Shown here in pieces: positions 28,161-38,319 of a stretch of 64,000 bases of DNA. The stretch covers positions 1,376,001 through 1,440,000 of the forward strand of contig CAXXVS010000002.1 of assembly GCA_963674755.2 (NCBI GenBank), read 5' to 3'. Source of the DNA: Desulfobacterales bacterium (lineage in GTDB: Bacteria > Desulfobacterota > Desulfobacteria > Desulfobacterales > UBA5852). The notes below the pieces were generated by a model. The model did not search any database and was not told the DNA's origin. It saw only the letters and a program-made list of their open reading frames with translations. Each line of letters begins with the position of its first letter. Position 1 is the first letter of the stretch. The translations under genes were made by a program, and so were the position numbers.

Positions 28161-28655
28161 TCAATAAGAGCGAATTCTAAGACGACACCTCGAATAAAGC
28201 AGAATGATTGCACCGGCCATAATTGCAAGGTCGGCAATATTGAAAATACCCGTACGAAAAGATCCAATGCCAACATTGAGAAAATCCACAACGGAACCGT
28301 TATGCATTATGCGGTCAATCAGGTTACCGACGCCGCCGGCAATAAATAATGAGACCGCCAGGACTACGGGAAAATCTAGAGATTTTGATACTAGAGCAAA
28401 AGCCGAAGCGCCCAGAAGAACGAAACAAGTACCAACCGTAAATATTGAATGCCGCAAAACTTGGGGGAGTGAATGGCCTAAGCTGAGAAATGCCCCACAA
28501 TTATAGGTGAGTTGAAGACGCAACGTATCACCGAGACATGAAAATGTCTTCATTTCAGGGAGGTGTAAAACAGCAATTGATTTAGTTACCTGGTCACAGC
28601 CAACGCAAGAAATCAATACGATAAATAACAGAACCAATCTTTTTGATAATTTCAT
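28161..28655 (-). CDS. lspA: Lipoprotein signal peptidase II
   Basis: DQVTK, NCGAFLS, GGVGNLIDR, VVDF, FNIADLAI. Confidence 0.9.
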   Translation of the reverse strand: MKLSKRLVLLFIVLISCVGCDQVTKSIAVLHLPEMKTFSCLGDTLRLQLTYNCGAFLSLGHSLPQVLRHSIFTVGTCFVLLGASAFALVSKSLDFPVVLAVSLFIAGGVGNLIDRIMHNGSVVDFLNVGIGSFRTGIFNIADLAIMAGAIILLYSRCRLRIRSY

Positions 28656-28720
28656 AAAGTCGCGATGCTTTTTGACCGTTAAGGATTTAATCAGCAACCC
28701 ACTTTGAGGGTCAACTGAAT

Positions 28721-29236
28721 TTAAAGGTCCGAGTTTCTCGGATGGTTTGATATAAAGTGGGATTCAAGTTTGAATTCCGTTATTTCTAACGAACCTTTTC
28801 TGTCCCAATCATTCAGCAATCCGATAACCTTTAAATGAATTTCGTGAAAAACACCTCTATTACCACAGTCGCATGAAAGAGATTGCACTATATCTTCAAA
28901 AAAACTTTGTTGAATAGGCTGATCGATAGAAAAGCAATCTTCTTCTATTCCCTCCGAAGCACCGACAAAGGTCAATCCGCCGATTCCCAAGTAAGGTGGA
29001 TTCTCGTTTCCGATTAGTTGTTTTTTACTTTTCCATATATTTATTTGGAACGGATGATTATTAAGCTCATCAGGGTATCTGACACGCCCATTTATTAAAA
29101 TATTATCATGGCGACTTATAGAATCCGCATCTTGACCAACGATACTCCGAATAATCGAGTATGATTCCACGGGGCACATAAGCGTCCATTCGATTTGGCC
29201 GAATCGTGAAGCGGGCTTTTCAAAATGAGCCGTCAT
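28721..29236 (-). CDS. Hypothetical protein (AT-rich)
   Basis: 171-aa ORF with AGGAG RBS; no recognisable motif. Confidence 0.5.
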   Translation of the reverse strand: MTAHFEKPASRFGQIEWTLMCPVESYSIIRSIVGQDADSISRHDNILINGRVRYPDELNNHPFQINIWKSKKQLIGNENPPYLGIGGLTFVGASEGIEEDCFSIDQPIQQSFFEDIVQSLSCDCGNRGVFHEIHLKVIGLLNDWDRKGSLEITEFKLESHFISNHPRNSDL

Positions 29237-29509
29237 TTATTGATACTCCTTGTTGAATAGTGCCACAGAACATTACGATTGCGGCTTATCGAGCATAAAA
29301 TGTCTTATGAGAAGCATCACACAGCTATTGATCAGGTACGCAAAGGGCGCACCCCAAATAGGCAGATTTTAAGGCCGGCTTTACTAATGCAGGAATACGG
29401 ACCGAACTACCATGTGGTTGGCAAATTGTAAAGATTGATAGGGAGGTCTGGATACCCCCTGCCAGGGTGGCTTGCCGCGGGGAACGCCGCAAACATAAAT
29501 CAGATGGTA

Positions 29510-30259
29510 TTAACCGTAAAGCTTACCCAGAAAATAATTCATCTGGCGATACCACCAGGGCCAGTCGTGATTGACGTCGTGGCCCCAGTAATCGATCCAG
29601 GCCGGGATGCCCTTGGCGCGGCAGACGGCATCCAACTGGCGGGTGTCTTCCAGCTCTTCTTCTTCCCAGGCTCCCTGCCCCACGCAGGCGATCAATTTCC
29701 CTTCCCGGTAGCGGTCCAGATACCAGGGATCCGTCAAGCCGGTCAGGTAGGCCAGGGGCGAATTGAAATAGACGGCCGGTACGTCGCAGGCTTGCAGACC
29801 GAACTCGGGGCGGTCCAGGCGGTAGAGGCCGCTCAGGGCAATGGTACCGGCAAAGATATCCGGATGCTTGAGGTAGAAATTGACGGCGTGATAGGCGCCC
29901 ATGCTGCAGCCGTTGGCCATGATGCGCGCCTCGGGCTGGTGGCAGTGGTCCCGCACAAAGGGGACCACCTCCGCCATGATGTAGCGGTCGTAGGCTTCGT
30001 AGCGGGCGTTGCGCTCGGCCGGCGGCACCTCGAAGCGGTACCAGGACTGGGCATCCACACTGTCCACGCAAAACAGTTTGATCTGGCCGGCTTCGAGAAA
30101 CCCGGCAATGGCATCGATCATGCCCAGGCCTTCGTAGTCGAAGTAGCGCCCCCGGGAACAGGGGAAGACGATGAACGGCGCCCCCCAGTGCCCGTATACG
30201 TTGAGGGACATCTCCTGCTGGAGATGAGAGCTGAACCAGGTATGCGTTTCACGATGCAT
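29510..30259 (-). CDS. Putative esterase (alpha/beta hydrolase)
   Basis: YGHWG, GCSMG nucleophile elbow, WGHDVNHDWPWW. Confidence 0.85.
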   Translation of the reverse strand: MHRETHTWFSSHLQQEMSLNVYGHWGAPFIVFPCSRGRYFDYEGLGMIDAIAGFLEAGQIKLFCVDSVDAQSWYRFEVPPAERNARYEAYDRYIMAEVVPFVRDHCHQPEARIMANGCSMGAYHAVNFYLKHPDIFAGTIALSGLYRLDRPEFGLQACDVPAVYFNSPLAYLTGLTDPWYLDRYREGKLIACVGQGAWEEEELEDTRQLDAVCRAKGIPAWIDYWGHDVNHDWPWWYRQMNYFLGKLYG

Positions 30260-30261
30260 GA

Positions 30262-31434
30262 TTAAGCCGCTCCATGGCCGGGGGCGTGGATGAACCGGAC
30301 GATGGCGTCGATCTCGTCCATATCGGGGGAGCGGAAGATGTAGCCGATATCCCCCAGGGCGCTGCTGAAGACCCCGGGCACACTGGCCGCCTGGACGATC
30401 TGGGCCCCATAGCGGTTCATGATCGCCTCGTGTGAATGGCGGTAGGACAGGTTGTTTTTGCGGCTGGCATAGCAGCAGTGATACTTGCGGGTATAGTCCA
30501 GATCAACATTGCCATCGACCAGGAGCCGGGCCCAGACCCGATAGATATCGATGTCGCAGGCGTAGTTGAACATGTCTGTTGTGAAGCCCCCGGGTGGCCG
30601 CATGTTGATTTCCAGTCCGATATACTTCCCTTCCGGAGTGTGGAAGAACTCGATGTGGAAAAAGCGCTCCCGGGCCTCGAAAGCTTTCACGCACTTGCGT
30701 CCCAGGGTTTCCAGCTCCGCCGGAATTTCCCGCAGGGACTCGTAGTGGATGTGGCGTCCCTCGTTGACCGTCTCCATGATGCCCTGGCTGAAGCGGTGGG
30801 AGGTGTAAAAGACCAGGCGGCCGTCACGGGCGGCCAGCCCGTCAAAGGAATAGATCGTGCCGGCCACAAAGGCTTCCAGGATGTAGTCCGCATCGGGCTT
30901 CTTCTCGAAGAAGCGGACCAGATCCGCATCGCTGTCCAGCCGGAAGGTATCCAGGGCTCCCACCCCGGCATCGGGTTTGGCCACCACCGGATAGCCGGTT
31001 CTGTCGACCAAGACGCGGGCTTCTTCTAGGGAGCGGACCACCCCGCCTTCGGCCACCGGCACGCCGGCCTTCCGAAAGGCGGCCTTCATCCTGGATTTGT
31101 GCCGGATGGTGTCGATCTGATGGCCCCGGATGCCCGGGATGTTGAAGTCATCCCGGATGCGGGCTTCGGTTTTCAGCCAGTATTCGTTGAGGGACTCGAA
31201 GCGGTCGAGCTTGCCGTAACCATGGGTGAAATACCCGCAGGCCCGCACCAGGGCATCGTAGTCGTGCATGTCCGGCACATGGTAATACGCACTCAGGGCC
31301 TGACGCACCTCGGGCGCCAGGTCATTTTCCACAGCATCGCCGATGCCCAATACGGTGGCGCCGGCCTGTTTCAATTGAGCGCAAAAGCGGTGGTAATGGT
31401 GGGGAAAATGAGGGGACAGATAGACGACGTTCAT
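30262..31434 (-). CDS. ATP-grasp carboxylate-amine ligase family protein
   Basis: SPHFP, ESLNEYWL, KSRMK, KPDAGVG, FFHIEFF, EINMRPPGG. Confidence 0.85.
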   Translation of the reverse strand: MNVVYLSPHFPHHYHRFCAQLKQAGATVLGIGDAVENDLAPEVRQALSAYYHVPDMHDYDALVRACGYFTHGYGKLDRFESLNEYWLKTEARIRDDFNIPGIRGHQIDTIRHKSRMKAAFRKAGVPVAEGGVVRSLEEARVLVDRTGYPVVAKPDAGVGALDTFRLDSDADLVRFFEKKPDADYILEAFVAGTIYSFDGLAARDGRLVFYTSHRFSQGIMETVNEGRHIHYESLREIPAELETLGRKCVKAFEARERFFHIEFFHTPEGKYIGLEINMRPPGGFTTDMFNYACDIDIYRVWARLLVDGNVDLDYTRKYHCCYASRKNNLSYRHSHEAIMNRYGAQIVQAASVPGVFSSALGDIGYIFRSPDMDEIDAIVRFIHAPGHGAA

Positions 31435-31675
31435 TCAGGCTCCCTGGCGGCATATAGGGGTAAAGACCGAAACGGCCCGCGGGGTGACCACCGCTGAAGA
31501 GAAACCATAAGCATCCGGAGGAGACCTGCAAAGGGGCCCGGAGGATCCATAAGCCCAACAGCCATTATAGGACGCACCCGGGGCGCAACGGAATGGTTCC
31601 CTTTTGGAAAAGAAGATTACCTGTGGAATGGGAAAGCCCGGATTAGCCGAAGACGCAGCCGTCTCACCGGCAGCG

Positions 31676-32014
31676 TCAATAGAGAAACTCGACGCCAAAC
31701 CCTTTGGCATCCAGACGCACGATTTTACCGCGGCGCTTGATCTCGCTCCGATCCTCGGCGAAAGGACCCGCCACCACGATATCCTGCCCCACGAGAAATT
31801 GGGTCTTGCTTTGGATATAAGTCCCACCGGCACTGAGATTCTTGATGCGACCTTCAAAGAGCTGGCGATTGGCGGCAAAATAGGTGTTTTCCGAGCATTG
31901 CGTCCGTGTATACCTTCGCGTCTGTTGGTTCTGGGACCGCCGGAGGCGTCTTTCAACAATATCGGCACTTCGCCGTATTCTGGTGTTGCCAGGCTTAGGT
32001 GATTTTCCAGTCAT
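31676..32014 (-). CDS. Stand-alone PilZ-domain protein
   Basis: RRYTR (RxxxR) and NLSAGG motifs; GFGVEF. Confidence 0.75.
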   Translation of the reverse strand: MTGKSPKPGNTRIRRSADIVERRLRRSQNQQTRRYTRTQCSENTYFAANRQLFEGRIKNLSAGGTYIQSKTQFLVGQDIVVAGPFAEDRSEIKRRGKIVRLDAKGFGVEFLY

Positions 32015-32766
32015 GGGGTTTTACCCTGATATGCGTTAAAACGATTGCATCCCGCGAAGGGGGAAGCGTGCTTAAAATTCTGAATTGCCGGCCGAATTCG
32101 TATGCAACAGGATCGCGATGAGAAAATAGAGGTAAACCAGGCAGTGACGATGTCAACGATTCGCAAGCCGGCCAGCCTGACAATGGATAGAGATCCATTC
32201 GGCTTTACACAAGCCCTACTATCCTCTAAACATAAGCAAAAATCAAGCCTTTAAGATACGTTATCATCAGATATTGTTGCGTTTGTATTAGCCCTCTTGC
32301 CTGCCATCCCCGCCAGTAACATATCCCAAGCACCCCACCATTTTTTAGTTATACTTAACTGTTAGACAGATCAACTGATCCTGCCTGCTGATTATGTAGT
32401 TTGTTACCCACAGAGAAATTATTTTCTCTATTTTTGGTGAAGAAACCACCCACAACACTTATTGGGCGATGACTTGTCGCTGATATTCCACTAAAAATCC
32501 ATAAAAGTGATTTCCTGCATAATTATTGCATAATTGCAGCGGTCAAGCGTTTTTTTCATTGGCTTATCCTTACAGCTCACTTCATAGAATACAGGCCGGA
32601 TTAACCCCAAGTGCTATCCGTTCGATCTCGAAATGATGGATCGAGCGCCGTTGTCGTGTCTTTCGGCTCAACGCCAGTCCAATGACAGTCTTCCGTGCCA
32701 AAAAGCGTGGGTGCACGCTGTCCATTTTCAGGGAAGGGTTCACCTCATAACCAAAGGAGGCTATCG

Positions 32767-34585
32767 ATGAAGAGACTGGTGGCATTAGGCATCATAGGCA
32801 TGCTTTTGATTTTTCTGGTCCAGCTCCCTGCAGGCGTGGCCGGCAACGGGTATATGGGGGGGGCGCGGTGCGATCGTGGTGGAAGATCCGCCCGCCGTGG
32901 AGGAAGGTGATTCCGCCACCGATGAGGGTGGCCTGCCGGACACGGTGGAAGGGCCGCTGAACGACAAGCTGGCGGATGCCGGCAAACTGTTTGGGGATCT
33001 CTACAAAATTTTGCGCTACGAGGGCGGCGAGGTGAAGTCGGACGACATGATTGCTATCGGCGGTGAACCGATTCTCTCCGAAGGATACGGCGTCTATGCA
33101 CTTGAGCAGTCGGACGGAACCTATAGCTTGGCAAATGCCCCCTATCCTAGTCAATGCGTCCAGCCCGTGGCAGATTACAATAAATGGGGGGATATTGGTT
33201 TGCCCAACAATCGTCTTCCCCTGGTGATGACCTATGACGCCACCTGGGGGCGGACCGAGTGCGAAGTGGGAGAACTGTCGGGGGCTTCGGTTGACCCTAT
33301 TACCGGTGAGCTCATTCTTGATATCAATGACTATTATATCGAGCCGGGCGAGCATTGCCCTGATGGCATTAAATGGGTTGATCTGGTTGACGAAGTATCC
33401 TTCGGCCGCCTCAACCTGAGCCGCTCGCCGGAGGCTGTCCTCCAGGCCGCCTTCGACGAAGCCATCACGTCCATCAACAATGCGGTCTCAATCTCACGGG
33501 ATGCCGCCGGGCGGCTGTTATTGGAAAATGAGGTTTTCAGCGCAACCGAAGTGGACGAATGCGGCGAGCCGTTGCAGCTGGATAACGTGTTCAAAGCCAT
33601 CGACTCCCCTCTTGAGAATCTGGCCCTTTACGTCAAGTTGATGAAGGACGGTCACCTTGTGACCCCGGGCGACGAACGGGCCCCCATCGACCGGTCGGAG
33701 AAAGGCGGCATTCCCCTCTGGAAGATGCTCGAACTCTCGGACGGTCCTTCCAAAGCCCTGCGGCCGACCATCGATATCGAGAAACTCGAGGGCTTTGGCT
33801 TGGGTAGCCTTGTCGACACCACGCCACAGAAATACTACACGTATTATGAGTGCTATAACGAGAACGGTGTCGCCATCCCGTGCCTGTGCGACGGCGAAAA
33901 CCACGACGGAACCCCTACGGTAGTAGCCTGCCCCGATGTCGCCAGCCGCAAACTGCTTGCCGTTGATGCGTGCCCTTTTCCCGCAACCGACACGGACCCC
34001 AACGCGGACACCTGCGAAGAGTCCTACGGCATCAAGACAGACGACAGCGCCGTCCATGGGCAGCATACAACCGGTGACGATTTTGACTTCGCCGCCGCCT
34101 TCCTGGCCGCCGCCGCCGACAAGACCGGCGATATCGGCGTGGACATGGTGGTCTATCTGAACTCGATCCTGGGTATCAACAAGGTGGTGGGCTACAGCGA
34201 ATATGACAGCGATGGCAACCCGGTTGACGGTGCCGTCAACTACAGCGAAGAACCCGTGTATTTCAATTTTAACGGTATCGGCGGCACGGATGATAACAAA
34301 TATGATCGAATGGATACCTTTGCCCTCAGGAGGGGAGACCCCGGGAGATCGGAAGGCTTCGTCCGGGTCCTGCAAGGGGGGGACGGCAGCTGGACGGAAG
34401 AAGACTACTGGATCATGGACCTCGAGTGGGATAACGGCTTTGACAATATAGGCATTAATCCCGAGGATGGCTTTCCCAGTGGCGATATCGCCGATTCCGA
34501 CATCCGCGGCTTTGCCCAGATGGCCGACGACGATCTGAGCGTCATCGAATTCGTGCACACGTATCAGATTCCGGGGCTTCGATAG
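32767..34585 (+). pseudogene. Large acidic secreted protein of unknown function, frameshifted at a G8 run after the signal peptide
   Basis: GGAGG RBS + MKRLVALGIIGMLLIFLVQLPAGVAG signal peptide; joins the 569-aa ORF at 32876 if G8 (32856-32863) is G7. Confidence 0.7.
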
Positions 34586-34662
34586 CCTCTCTGCTCAAGC
34601 GCGCGCCTATTTCCCGCTGCGGCCCCGCCGGAGTTGAAAAAAAGACGCGCTTCTTCAAGTAC

Positions 34663-34695
34663 AAAAAGCGGCCTGCCGCTATTGGCGGGCCGCTT
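34663..34695 (-). terminator. Rho-independent terminator
   Basis: AAGCGGCCTGCC/GGCGGGCCGCTT stem followed by a U-tract on the minus strand; lies between convergent genes. Confidence 0.65.
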
Positions 34696-34731
34696 ACCCT
34701 TCCCGAATAAATGCATCGGCATGAACGAACG

Positions 34732-35271
34732 CTAGGGTCGTCGCCGCCGGATCGGTACCGGCACCCGCTGTCCTTTGAAAACGCCCCGCAGCACCCGCAA
34801 CAACCCGATATAGAGAACACACGCCGCGATAATGCCCCCATCCCGAATGCTCTGGTACAGAACAGTGTGCATCACGTTCTCCCACCCGCTGAAGCCCGGC
34901 GAAAAATAGAGCTGGAAAGGCCAGAAAAGGGATACCGGCGATGAGGTGAACAGCATGTCGGCCAGCACATGGGAAAAGACCAGGCCGAAGCACAGGGGAA
35001 AACCGAGGCGCGGTATCCGATCCCACAGGTGCCAGAGATGGCTGGCGGCATAGCCGGCCAGGACGGCAAAAAGCAGGCTGTGGGTGGGACCCCGGTGAAA
35101 GAAGTTGCCGTTTCCATGGAACAAGAGGCCTGCCAGGATATCCACGTCCGGCAAATTGGCCAGGACGGTAATGAGGGCGAAAACGCCCCAACGGGAATAG
35201 TCGTGATCGTTATTTTGAGCGGTCGCGTAAGTGGCCAGACCGATGGCCGTATGTCCGAGTGGCAAGGGCAT
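34732..35271 (-). CDS. YdjM-like membrane metal-dependent hydrolase
   Basis: PLGH, LPDVD, HRGPTHSL, SHVLAD, LFWP. Confidence 0.85.
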   Translation of the reverse strand: MPLPLGHTAIGLATYATAQNNDHDYSRWGVFALITVLANLPDVDILAGLLFHGNGNFFHRGPTHSLLFAVLAGYAASHLWHLWDRIPRLGFPLCFGLVFSHVLADMLFTSSPVSLFWPFQLYFSPGFSGWENVMHTVLYQSIRDGGIIAACVLYIGLLRVLRGVFKGQRVPVPIRRRRP

Positions 35272-35378
35272 GATCAATCCTTGTAAGGTAGTTCAGGACC
35301 GTAGCGGGATCGAAACGGCCCTGGTTCTTTTTTGTGGGAGCATCTTTGGTGGATGCGCTGCCATGCGGCAGGTATAAT

Positions 35379-35394
35379 TGCATAATAGATGCCA
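35379..35394 (-). promoter_or_regulatory. Sigma-54 promoter of the YdjM-like gene
   Basis: Minus strand TGGCATCTATTATGCA, GG-N10-GC. Confidence 0.6.
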
Positions 35395-35725
35395 ACCGCT
35401 TTAGGTCGAGGGTCACGAGCGCTCCCGGGTAACGATAACCCTTGCTAAACGCCGGCGGCCCCAGCCTCGGGGGAAATAATGCGGGAACCGTTTTAGAAGA
35501 ACCATTTCCAGCGTACTGGGAAATGTTTTTACCATATTGCGGTGCGTTTCCAGCAAATAGGGGCAGGCGCAGAATAACCATCCGGAAAGGTTGCCAATCG
35601 TCAAATATGTCTTACTATGCCCCTTCACCCTGTCTTGGATTGGCAGGGTGAACTATTTTGGGCCCTACGGCCGACCGGCCCGGGACACCGACACCCATAA
35701 AACGACATCACTAGGGAGACAGGAA

Positions 35726-36292
35726 ATGGCTGACAATTCACAATTCACCCTTTACAGCGGCGGTCACCGGGGGACCGAAAGCGAATTCGGTAAGCTGGCC
35801 GAGCAATGGGGCATCGCGGAAGTCAATTTTGCATTTGAGGGCCACCGCTGCGAACGCACCCGCGGGGTCAAGGTGCTGGATGAGGGCGAACTGGCCCGCG
35901 GGGATATCAGCATGGAAATCGTTTCGGCCCGGATGGGGCGCACGTATGCCCGGGCGGACAAGATCCGGAAGGTTATCCAATCCATCTTTCACATGATCAA
36001 CAACGGCTACCAGGTGATCGCCGTGGGATGGATCCAGCCGGACGAAACCGTCAAGGGCGGCACCGGCTGGGGTGTCGAACTGGCCAAGCTGTTCAACCGG
36101 CCGACCAGTGTCTTCGATCAGGAAAAAAACCGCTGGTTCGCCTGGAAAGACAAACAATGGATCGAGGAAACCCCTGTCATTACCGCCAAGACGTTTGCCG
36201 GAACCGGCACCCGCAATCTTTCCGAAGAGGGGCGTGCGGCCCTGGCGGATCTTTTCGAGCGTTCGTTCGGATCGGCCGCAAACCGGCCCTAG
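35726..36292 (+). CDS. Conserved hypothetical protein, possibly SLOG-fold nucleotide-binding
   Basis: YSGGHRGTE, KGGTGWGVE, FAGTGTR motifs. Confidence 0.55.
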   Translation: MADNSQFTLYSGGHRGTESEFGKLAEQWGIAEVNFAFEGHRCERTRGVKVLDEGELARGDISMEIVSARMGRTYARADKIRKVIQSIFHMINNGYQVIAVGWIQPDETVKGGTGWGVELAKLFNRPTSVFDQEKNRWFAWKDKQWIEETPVITAKTFAGTGTRNLSEEGRAALADLFERSFGSAANRP

Positions 36293-36373
36293 CCTGGTCC
36301 CCCAGGCAGGAATCCCATCGGCGGCCGGAAGCGCGTCCCCAGCTTCCGGCAGGCCGGCCCCATGGCCGGCCCT

Positions 36374-37021
36374 TCAAATGAGGGCGGGCTGCATCATCCG
36401 TTCCAAAGCATCCCGCTGGGCCTCGAAGCCCGCTTCGTCGATCGTCGCCGCAAGGTGAACCGGCCGGTCGAATCGCAGCAGCACCCGGGCAAATGGCTTG
36501 GGCAGCATAAACCGATCCCAGCTGTTGAAATACCAGGCTTTGTCGGCCGTGACATAAAAGGGCACGATGACGGCCTGGGTGGCAAGCGCCATGCGGATCA
36601 CCCCGGCCTTCACCTGGCCGGCCGGTCCCCGGGGGCCGTCCACAATGTGCCCGGCCAGCCGAGAGCCTCTCAAACCGGTAATGACGTCGCGCATCGCCTC
36701 GCGTCCCCCGCGGGAGGAGGAACCCCGTACCGGATGCCACCCTGTGCGGCGGGCAATGCCGGCAATCAGCGCGCCGTCCTTGCTGCGGCTGATCATGATA
36801 TGGGGATGGAAGCGCCGATACTCCCGAAAATGTCGAATCGCCGAAAAGAACTGCTGGTGCCAGGCGCACAGCAGCACGGTCCCTCCGTTTTCGATCTGCC
36901 CCAGCCATTCCTGCTCATTTTCGACCCGAAGCCGAAAGGTCCACGCGTAGCACCGGACAAGCCGATAAAGAACGCTGATGAACCATGATGAGGTCAGTGC
37001 CCTCTTCAACCCGAATTTCAT
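36374..37021 (-). CDS. DUF374 lysophospholipid acyltransferase family protein
   Basis: AWH, ISRSKDG, VRGSSSRGG, DGPRGP, SWDRFMLPKPF. Confidence 0.85.
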   Translation of the reverse strand: MKFGLKRALTSSWFISVLYRLVRCYAWTFRLRVENEQEWLGQIENGGTVLLCAWHQQFFSAIRHFREYRRFHPHIMISRSKDGALIAGIARRTGWHPVRGSSSRGGREAMRDVITGLRGSRLAGHIVDGPRGPAGQVKAGVIRMALATQAVIVPFYVTADKAWYFNSWDRFMLPKPFARVLLRFDRPVHLAATIDEAGFEAQRDALERMMQPALI

Positions 37022-37361
37022 AAAAACCCTCTTTTCAAGGAATCTACGGTCTTAATGACCGGTGTTGAGGGTACCACAGATCCGGCGTTTCCGATAACGG
37101 TTTGCCGGAATGGGATGGGCGCCGGTTGTCGAACCCGTTTAACCGCATGATATGGTTTGCTTTTTCCCTGGAATTCCCCAAGAAATGACTTGAAGAAAGC
37201 GATAATTCCGTTATCATGGGGAAGCCGTCGAAGTAGAGTCTGGTTCCCTTTATCCGGAATATCTCCCGCACGGCAAGTGATCCTCTTCGGGGACGATTTC
37301 CTCCCCCCCGGGGAAACCATCCCTGCGGTTCCCGTCAACATAGCGATCAAGGAAAGCGCAT

Positions 37362-38309
37362 ATGACAACCCGCAAAAAGGTGGGGCTCGTGCTCGGCAGC
37401 GGATCGTCCCGCGGTTGGGCACACATCGGTGTCATCGAGGCGCTGGAAGAGGCCGGAATTCCCATTGACTTCATCGTCGGTTGCAGCGTGGGCTCCTATG
37501 TGGGTGCGCTCTATGCCTGCGGCAGCCTGGCGAGCCTCAAAGAGTTCGTACTGCGGATGAACGGCAAGAAGGTTTTCTCCTATTTCGATGTGGTGTTCCC
37601 CCGCTCAGGACTCCTGGACGGCACCCGCAAAGTCAAGGAACTCTTTTCCATGCACACGGACGTGGAGCGCTTCGAGGAACTGGGGCTGCCGGTTTCCATG
37701 GTGGCCACCGATCTCAAGCGCGGCCACAAAGTGATCCTCCAATCCGGCAATATCATGAAAGCCCTCCAGGCCACCATGTGCATCCCGGGACTGTTCGCAC
37801 CGGTGCGGATCAATGGACGCTGGCTCGTGGACGGCGGGCTGTTGGACCCCGTGCCGGTGGGGGTCGCCAAAGCCATGGCGGCCGATGTGGTGATTGCCGT
37901 GGACCTCAACAGCGGTCTGGTTTCGCGCCGGGAAGTTCGCAAACAGGTCCAGATGATCGCCGACAACGTGCCCGAAAAGGAACCCGAATATAAATATGAA
38001 CTGCTGAAAAAGCTAGCGGAGTACTACGAAAGCGCGGAAATGAGCTTCAAGACCAAGATCAGCGAGTTGTTCCACAGGGAGGAGGACCTCCCCGATATCG
38101 TCGATACGGTCATGACCTCCATCAACATCATGCAGGATCGCATCACCCGCATCAACCTGGCCGTGGAGCCACCCGACATTCTGGTGCAGCCGCGCCTGGG
38201 AAGCCTCAAGATGATGGATTTCGACCGGGTAGACTATGCCATCGAGGAGGGCTACCTGGGGGTGATGGAGCGCATCGACGACATCAAGGCCATGCTGCAA
38301 CAGGCCTGA
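37362..38309 (+). CDS. Patatin-like phospholipase (RssA-like)
   Basis: GSGSSRGWAHIG, GCSVG, LVDGG. Confidence 0.9.
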   Translation: MTTRKKVGLVLGSGSSRGWAHIGVIEALEEAGIPIDFIVGCSVGSYVGALYACGSLASLKEFVLRMNGKKVFSYFDVVFPRSGLLDGTRKVKELFSMHTDVERFEELGLPVSMVATDLKRGHKVILQSGNIMKALQATMCIPGLFAPVRINGRWLVDGGLLDPVPVGVAKAMAADVVIAVDLNSGLVSRREVRKQVQMIADNVPEKEPEYKYELLKKLAEYYESAEMSFKTKISELFHREEDLPDIVDTVMTSINIMQDRITRINLAVEPPDILVQPRLGSLKMMDFDRVDYAIEEGYLGVMERIDDIKAMLQQA

Positions 38310-38319
38310 TGGCGAGCGC

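Noticed and set aside
31598..31640. LEKKITCGMGK resembling the PyrK/FlxA [2Fe-2S] motif
   Set aside because: Too short, lacks the following cysteines, and the rest of the ORF is antisense to the PilZ gene
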